NCBI GenBank assembly: GCA_012965905.1
Contig: DTRN01000059.1
Coordinates: 1 to 38,198, forward strand
Length of the DNA stretch: 38,198 nt
Source: Nitrospirales bacterium
Lineage (GTDB): Bacteria > Nitrospirota > Nitrospiria > Nitrospirales > UBA2166
Reading direction: 5' to 3'
The position numbers and the translations under genes are program-made. Under the pieces are notes generated by a model that worked only from the letters and a program-made list of their open reading frames with translations, had not been told where the DNA came from and searched no databases. Position 1 is the first letter of the stretch; each line of letters starts with the position of its first letter. Positions 32,617 to 38,198 of this stretch are shown here, piece by piece.

Positions 32617-34440
32617 ATGATGTCGGTCCCCGTGAGTGTTGTCCTGCTTTTTTGGGGGCTTGTGGGTGCGGCGTTTGGTCAAACCAAGCCTCTGGTGATT
32701 GATCCCGAGTTGGTGTATTCGACCTATCTTGGTGGTAACGGCTTTGATCGGGGAGCCGGCATTGGCGTGGATGCTACCGGCAATATTTTTGTGGCAGGAA
32801 CGACCGATGGCAATTTCCCGACTGAGGGTTCGCTACAGCCAACAGGTGCCGGTGTTCAAGATATATTTGTTGCCAAGCTCACGCCGCAGGGTGATGCGGT
32901 GATCTACTCAATAGTCATTGGGGGTCATGACATCGATGTTGCGAATGACCTCGCGGTAGATGCTGAGGGGAATGTGTATGTCGTGGGAAGCACGTTTTCA
33001 GAGGATTTTCCTGTGACTGAGGGGACATTTCAGACGAAGATAGGTGGAAGCATTGACGTCTTTGTGTTCAAGTTGAATCCCGAGGGAAGCGCGTTGGTCT
33101 ATTCCACCTTCCTGGGAAAAAGTGGCAGCGATGTTGGGCTTGGGATTGCGGTGAATTCCTTGGGTGAGGTGGTTGTGACGGGTCGGACAGGCTCAGAAGA
33201 TTTCCCGACCAGCAGGGGAGCGGTGCAACTCCAATCAGGTGGTGGGGTCGATGCGTTTGTCACCCGGCTGAACGCGAGTGGAACCGAGCTGCTCTATTCA
33301 ACGTACCTGGGGGGGAGAGGTGATGAGCAGGGGGAAGCGATCGTCGTTGGTGCTTCGGGGCAGATCGTTGTTGCTGGTGTGACGGGTTCGGAGGATTTTC
33401 CGACGACCGCTACCTCAGTGCAAACCGAATTGGGTGGCGGTCAGGACGCATTCATCGCCAAGCTCAATGCTGATGGAACGCAGCTCGTGTATTCCAGCTA
33501 CCTTGGTGGTGAGGGTAATGATGAAGGTCTGGGGGTGGCCCTTGACGAGGCGGGGAACGCGTATATCGTTGGTGGCACCCGCTCAAGTGATTTTCCTACG
33601 ACGGATGGTGTTGTTCAGATGGATTTTGGATCACTTGGCGGAGGCGTCGTGAACGGTGATGCATTTGTATCGAAACTCAATTCCACCGGTCAGTCCCTCG
33701 TCTTCTCCACCTATCTCGGTGGACAACGGGACGACATCGGCAACAGCGTTGCCATCGACGGCACTGGACATGCCTATGTCACCGGTCGAACGACCTCGAA
33801 TGATTTCCCTGTCGTGAATCCTGTGCAAGCAGAAAAAAGCGGCGGGACTTTCGATGGAGAGCTGTTTGCGACGAAGCTCAATCCGGATGGTGACCTGCTC
33901 TCGTATTCCACTTATATCGGTGGTGGGCGTGATGATCTCGGTACTTCGATCATCGTTGACTTGGGTGAAAACGCCTACATCACAGGAAACACGACGTCTA
34001 TCGATTTTCCGACATCGGACGCGCTTCAGGACATGTTCGGACGGGGTAGCGATGTCGTGATTCTGAAGATTGCTGACGTTGAACAAACCGGTTTGCCTGA
34101 TCTTGCCGCGGACATTACCAAATTCAAGCACAAGGTGAAGGCTTCAGGAGATCAGCTCGTCGTGAAACTGAATATTGGAAATGTTGGGACAAGCGGTGAC
34201 ATCGCGCCATTCTTCGTGTCACTGTTTGTGTCAGACAATAACGTGTTTGATGAAGGTGATCGCCCTGCACGGCAATCATTACGCGTGGATGCCGCCAAAT
34301 TAGGAACACATAAGTTCAAGGTCAGAGGCCTTGAGCCGGTCATCGGCAAGTTCGCGATTATCTTTATCGATGACGGTAACGCGGTCGTGGAAGGGAATGA
34401 GAGCAACAATCTTCTTATCCGAGAAATTGGTGGCGGCTGA
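32617..34440 (+). CDS. secreted SBBP (beta-propeller) repeat protein with a C-terminal CARDB-like domain
   Basis: The ATG at 32617 follows the truA stop and gives the signal peptide MMSVPVSVVLLFWGLVGAAFG. Seven repeats of about 58 aa each follow the form YSTYLGGxGxDxGxGIAVDxxGNxYVxGxTxSxDFPT. The tail is CARDB-like: LPDLAADI...LVVKLNIGNVGTSGD...FVSDNNVFDEGD.... Confidence 0.88.
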   Translation: MMSVPVSVVLLFWGLVGAAFGQTKPLVIDPELVYSTYLGGNGFDRGAGIGVDATGNIFVAGTTDGNFPTEGSLQPTGAGVQDIFVAKLTPQGDAVIYSIVIGGHDIDVANDLAVDAEGNVYVVGSTFSEDFPVTEGTFQTKIGGSIDVFVFKLNPEGSALVYSTFLGKSGSDVGLGIAVNSLGEVVVTGRTGSEDFPTSRGAVQLQSGGGVDAFVTRLNASGTELLYSTYLGGRGDEQGEAIVVGASGQIVVAGVTGSEDFPTTATSVQTELGGGQDAFIAKLNADGTQLVYSSYLGGEGNDEGLGVALDEAGNAYIVGGTRSSDFPTTDGVVQMDFGSLGGGVVNGDAFVSKLNSTGQSLVFSTYLGGQRDDIGNSVAIDGTGHAYVTGRTTSNDFPVVNPVQAEKSGGTFDGELFATKLNPDGDLLSYSTYIGGGRDDLGTSIIVDLGENAYITGNTTSIDFPTSDALQDMFGRGSDVVILKIADVEQTGLPDLAADITKFKHKVKASGDQLVVKLNIGNVGTSGDIAPFFVSLFVSDNNVFDEGDRPARQSLRVDAAKLGTHKFKVRGLEPVIGKFAIIFIDDGNAVVEGNESNNLLIREIGGG

Positions 34441-34506
34441 TTCTCATTTGTATAACCGTTCGCTCGACAGCGTTTATTTGGAACCTGTATCCTAAAAGGT
34501 ATTGTC

Positions 34507-36825
34507 ATGACGGACAATCGAGCCAACGAATCGTTACGAGAGGTCATTGAAGCCACGGCGTCCGTCGTCGGGAATGACTTCTTTAGAACGCTCGTACAAA
34601 GCCTTGTTTCGACGTTAGGAGTCACCCATTGTTTTGTCGGAGAGCTAGTCGGGGAGAAGAAAGATCGTGTGCGCACCCACGCGCTTTCCGTCAATGGGTC
34701 ACTTGTTGACAATGTTGAATATGCCCTTGTCGGCACGCCGTGTGAGAATGTCGTGAGTACGCGATCAATGTGGCATATCCCAACGGGAATGCGCGAAAAG
34801 GCGCCGGATTTGAACGTTGAAAGTTACCTTGGCCTCCGCATCACCGATGCGTCCGGAAATGTAATTGGGCTTGTGAGCGTGATGCATGGTGAGCCGATGC
34901 TAGACTCGCATATTGGCGCGTGGGTATTGACAAACCTCGCGGCGAGGGCCGGCGCCGAGATGGAACGTATGCAGGTCAGTAGCCAACTCCACGAGATGGC
35001 GTCGTTTGCCGAGATGAACCCGTCTCCTGTGCTAAGGATTGACATGGAAGGAACAATTCTTCTGGTCAATCGTGCGGCCCGTGCCCTCTTTCCCGAGCAA
35101 TCCCTTGTCGGGCAATCGTGGTTGTCTTTGTGCCCGGGAATGGACCGCTCGACATTCGATGTCTGGTTGAACAGCGGCGAGGATACCATCCAGCAAGAGG
35201 CGCAAATCGGGGATGCCTGCTACCTCTTCACCAATCGCTATGATGAATTGGGCAGATGTATCCACATCTACGGGATGGAAATCACCGAACGACGGCGTGG
35301 GGAGAAGGTCGTCGAGAACATCGCGAAGGGGGTGTCCGCTGCGACCGGCGAGGCGTTCTTCAAATCACTCGTTAGATATCTGTGTGAAATTCTCGGTGTC
35401 GAATACGCCTTTGTCGGAGAGTTGATGCCCAGTGTTGACGAAACCATCGGGACCATTGCGGTGCATGCCCATGGCAAGATTGTTGAAAATTTCACCTACG
35501 TTTTGGCCAACACTCCCTGTGAAAACGTCGTAGGAAAACAATTACGCTGTTATCCGCGTCATGTGCGACAAGAGTTTCCATTAGATCACCTTCTCGATCA
35601 GATGGGCATCGAGAGTTATGTTGGCGCACCGCTGTTCGATTCTCACGGTCAAGCTTTGGGACTCCTCGTGGTGATGGGCTGCCAACCGCTCCAAAACGAG
35701 CGGTTTACCGTGTCCATGCTGCGAATTTTTGCTGACCGTGCGGCTGCGGAACTCGAACGAAAACGACAAGAAGCAGAGATTCTCCACCTCAAGGACCAAC
35801 TTGTTGCTGAGAATGTCTACCTTCAAGAAGAAATTGCGGCATCGTATCCCACGGACCAGATGATTGGGAAAAGTCCTGTTATTCAAGGCATTAAACGTCA
35901 AATTGCCCTCGTGGCACCAACGGATTCCACGGTACTCATTCAAGGAGAAACAGGAACGGGGAAGGAGCTGATCGCGCGAGCCATTCACGCACAGAGTCGT
36001 CGCAAGGATCGTCCTCTGATCACGGTGAATTGCGCCACGATTCCAAGAGAGCTTATAGAATCCGAGTTATTTGGGCATGCACGAGGAGCGTTTACAGGCG
36101 CCACCGCAAGTCGAATAGGGCGATTTGAACTCGCGAATGGGGGCACAATCCTTCTTGATGAGGTCACGGAGCTTCCGATTGAAATGCAGTCGAAGCTGTT
36201 AAGAGTTCTTCAAGAGCGTGAATTCGAGCGCGTCGGTGAATCGAATCCAATAAGAATTGATACACGGTTCATCGCTGCGAGCAATATCCCGTTTGAAGAG
36301 CAAATGGTGTCTGGCCGGTTCCGGGCCGATCTTTTCTACCGATTGAACGTGTTTCCAATTCATGTGCCTCCGTTGAGAGAGCGTGACGAAGATGTGCCTG
36401 AGTTAGTCACGCACTTTGTCCAGCGGTTTAATGTGCAAATGAACAAACGAGTTCGTAACATTGATCCTAGCACCATGAACCGTCTTAGGTCGTACTCATG
36501 GCCGGGGAATATTCGAGAACTCGAGAACGTCATCGAACGGGCCATGATATTGGCGCAAACGCCGACGTTGACGGTCGAGGATGGGATGGTTGGTCAACCC
36601 ACAGCGGTAACAGTTGAGGCCGTTCCTACGCGCACGTGGAAAGCACATGAAACCTCGTATTTGCGGGGAGTGATAAAGCAGACGGCTGGGGTCATTCATG
36701 GCCCGAAAGGTGCAGCGGCTGTCCTGGGTATTAACCCCTCCACCCTTCGAAGTCGTCTGAAGCGCCTTGGTATATACCCGAAGAAAAACGGCGACTCGGG
36801 TGGCTCTCTGAAAACCGTGTCCTAG
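34507..36825 (+). CDS. sigma-54-dependent transcriptional activator (bEBP) with a GAF-PAS-GAF sensory region
   Basis: AAA+ sigma-54 interaction domain: Walker A GETGTGKE, GAFTGA loop, ESELFGH, Walker B LLDEV, and the WPGNIRELEN signature. C-terminal Fis-type HTH (AAAVLGINPSTLRSRLKRLGI). The N-terminal 430 aa or so contain two similar GAF-like modules (both with FVGEL...ALVGTPCENVV / FVGEL...VLANTPCENVV) flanking a PAS-like segment. Confidence 0.92.
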   Translation: MTDNRANESLREVIEATASVVGNDFFRTLVQSLVSTLGVTHCFVGELVGEKKDRVRTHALSVNGSLVDNVEYALVGTPCENVVSTRSMWHIPTGMREKAPDLNVESYLGLRITDASGNVIGLVSVMHGEPMLDSHIGAWVLTNLAARAGAEMERMQVSSQLHEMASFAEMNPSPVLRIDMEGTILLVNRAARALFPEQSLVGQSWLSLCPGMDRSTFDVWLNSGEDTIQQEAQIGDACYLFTNRYDELGRCIHIYGMEITERRRGEKVVENIAKGVSAATGEAFFKSLVRYLCEILGVEYAFVGELMPSVDETIGTIAVHAHGKIVENFTYVLANTPCENVVGKQLRCYPRHVRQEFPLDHLLDQMGIESYVGAPLFDSHGQALGLLVVMGCQPLQNERFTVSMLRIFADRAAAELERKRQEAEILHLKDQLVAENVYLQEEIAASYPTDQMIGKSPVIQGIKRQIALVAPTDSTVLIQGETGTGKELIARAIHAQSRRKDRPLITVNCATIPRELIESELFGHARGAFTGATASRIGRFELANGGTILLDEVTELPIEMQSKLLRVLQEREFERVGESNPIRIDTRFIAASNIPFEEQMVSGRFRADLFYRLNVFPIHVPPLRERDEDVPELVTHFVQRFNVQMNKRVRNIDPSTMNRLRSYSWPGNIRELENVIERAMILAQTPTLTVEDGMVGQPTAVTVEAVPTRTWKAHETSYLRGVIKQTAGVIHGPKGAAAVLGINPSTLRSRLKRLGIYPKKNGDSGGSLKTVS

Positions 36826-36902
36826 CGTTCCGCCTGCAATCTCTTCTGCAAAACCACCCAGCAAGAGCGAGCATCGTGATAAATGTGTGAGATGTCACAA
36901 TC

Positions 36903-36932
36903 TATTGCGATATTTCTACTGTATTGCGAAAT
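36903..36932 (+). promoter_or_regulatory. possible bEBP upstream activating sequence: two TATTGCGAWAT direct repeats containing an ATATTTC/GAAATAT inverted repeat
   Basis: TATTGCGATAT (36903-36913) and TATTGCGAAAT (36922-36932), 19 nt apart centre to centre. They lie 105-135 nt upstream of the candidate -24/-12 promoter, in an AT-rich intergenic region. Confidence 0.2.
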
Positions 36933-37036
36933 ATAGCTACTTGTCATCATTTTCATGCAATCATGATTCCGCTGTAGTGCTGCTTAAAGTTTGTTAAATC
37001 ATTGAGTTACGTGTGTTCGCGTTGACTGAACAAGGC

Positions 37037-37052
37037 TGGTATGTATATTGCT
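37037..37052 (+). promoter_or_regulatory. candidate sigma-54 (-24/-12) promoter
   Basis: TGGTATGTATATTGCT matches TGGCACG-N4-TTGCW at TGG, A5, G7, TTGC and W, with exact spacing. It lies 50 nt upstream of the first ORF of the decayed SBBP paralog and directly downstream of a bEBP gene. Confidence 0.4.
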
Positions 37053-37101
37053 GTAATAACCAGCAGATTCTATATATTCGGCGAAATTTGAGTGTGTCGT
37101 T

Positions 37102-38087
37102 ATGGGAATTAACGGTGACCGATATACAGTGTATTCGACCTATCTGGGGGGGAGTGAGTTGGATGAGGGGCCTGGGGACGGCAGCGGCGCCGGCATTGCG
37201 GTAGATGAGAGTGGCGTGGCCTTTGTGACGGGCGAAACCCGATCGACCGACTTTCCCTTACATGACCCGTTGCAGCCGGAATTCGGTGGCGGAACCGCCG
37301 ATGCCTTTATCAGCCCATTTGATCCGTTTGGATGTCCGCCCCTCTATTGAACGTACCTTGGTGGGGGAGTGAGTTGGATGAGGGGCGTGGCATCGTCATT
37401 GATTCTAGGCGCGATGCCTATTGATAGGGAAAACCGCCTCACCTGATTTTTTCGAGGTTACGCCGCTTCAGGAAGGATTCAAGGGAGGACAAGACGTCTT
37501 TCTGACCAAACTCGGTCCACGTGGTTCGCCGCTCGGATATTCCACCTGCCTTGGCGGGGCACGAGATGATATTGGGAATGGGATAGCGCTTGATGGTGTG
37601 GGCAATGTCTATGTCACTGGAGCGATGCGGTTGGTAGACTTTCAGACGGTAGGGACGTTCCGGAACCTCTTAGGCCGAGCGAGTTCCGGTGCAGCATTTA
37701 TAGCAAAAATTGATCGTGGTAATGTGCCTACGCTTGATCTGCCGGACCTCGTCGTACGCCTAAATCGAATCAAATTTGGCACGCGATCGGGTGGTGATAG
37801 AGTTGTGGTTAGGTTCACGATACAGAATATTGGTACGGCGGACGTTCGGGATCCGTTTCTCGTCACGTTGCTCCTAATCCGATAATAATAATCGGGCGGA
37901 TGAGAGAGATCTTGTGATCCAGTCTGTTGAGGTCGACGGGTTAAAGGCTGGGCACAAGATGAGACAGAAGTTGAAGGTCACGGGCCTGGATGCAATTGAC
38001 GGCAAATTTGTCGTCATACAGGCCGATGGTGATAAAGGTGATGAGTTGAACAATACCGTGGTACGAGCATTCGTGGGTGGTGAGTAG
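37102..38087 (+). pseudogene. decayed paralog of the SBBP/CARDB protein (truncated, with multiple frameshifts and stops)
   Basis: Pieces in different frames: YSTYLGGSELDEGPGDGSGAGIAVDESGVAFVTGETRSTDFP...ADAFIS...stop (37350); SELDEGRGIVIDSRRDAY (shifted); GKTASPDF...GGQDVFLTKLGPRGSPLGYSTCLGGARDDIGNGIALDGVGNVYVTGA...LPDLVVRLN...VVVRFTIQNIGTADV...stop (37885); SDNNNRADERDLVIQSVEVDGLKAGHKMRQKLKVTGLDAIDGKFVVIQADGDKGDELNNTVV...stop (38087). The last piece aligns with the C-terminus of 32617..34440. Only about 3 repeats remain and there is no signal peptide. Confidence 0.8.
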
Positions 38088-38198
38088 GCCAATAATGCTG
38101 TAAAAACGTCGTAAAAGCGTACGTACATTGGTCGATTGTGCAATAAGACAATGTAGCCAAAGTGCTGTACTGGGGGAGGGGCAGTTGCAGGTGAACAT

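Noticed and set aside
33631-34736. Minus-strand ORFs 33631..34131 and 34152..34736
   Set aside because: They are antisense to the SBBP gene and to the start of the bEBP gene. They have no recognisable domains, and the repeat structure clearly supports the plus strand.
1-38198. CRISPR arrays, rRNA genes, IS elements or transposases, toxin-antitoxin pairs and known defence-system genes
   Set aside because: I scanned the intergenic regions and the ORF list. I saw no short regularly spaced repeats, no transposase-like ORFs or terminal inverted repeats, and no recognisable defence-gene motifs.

Overview
A 38.2-kb bacterial chromosomal window. The lineage cannot be determined from the sequence alone; the gene content looks like an environmental Gram-negative that uses sigma-54 regulation. 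Layout:

- **103-3469:** a MacAB-like tripartite ABC efflux locus (HlyD adaptor, ATPase, FtsX-type permease). The permease is broken by a frameshift in a G6A5 run.
- **4141-16297:** a roughly 12-kb block bounded by an intact tRNA-Met(CAT) gene (16222-16297, minus strand) and a 48-nt imperfect copy of that tRNA's 3' half (4141-4188). A decayed tyrosine-integrase gene abuts the tRNA. I read this as a fixed integrative genomic island.
- **Island cargo:** seven co-oriented minus-strand genes form a redox module with 19 CXXCH haem-c sites.
  - a pentahaem cytochrome
  - an outer-membrane beta-barrel
  - a membrane-anchored FAD/NAD(P)H reductase with a 2Fe-2S domain
  - a tetrahaem cytochrome
  - a cytoplasmic fusion of two cNMP-binding domains to a DmsB/NrfC-type 4x[4Fe-4S] module
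  - a 5-TM protein with two H-x13-H helices (dihaem-b-like)
  - a TM-anchored decahaem cytochrome with an 8-Cys N-terminal module
- **Main candidate for an undescribed system:** this island cargo, a possibly cyclic-nucleotide-gated trans-envelope electron conduit.
- **16474-38198:** mostly housekeeping and accessory genes.
  - tRNA-Glu(CTC)
  - a K+ channel/YjfI-like/PspA/DUF4178 membrane-stress cluster, followed by ArsC
  - a Rieske protein, YjbQ and an HD hydrolase
  - a C-terminal remnant of an Lhr-type helicase
  - a pentose-phosphate cluster (rpiB-pgi-gnd)
  - DUF3179
  - plsC-tatD-DEDD exonuclease, an NYN protein, an AMIN-amidase and truA
  - an intact 7-repeat SBBP/CARDB secreted protein
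  - a GAF-PAS-GAF sigma-54 activator
  - a sigma-54-type promoter in front of a heavily decayed SBBP/CARDB paralog

No CRISPR array, rRNA gene or recognisable IS element or transposase was seen. All family assignments come from reading motifs by eye. No database search was run.
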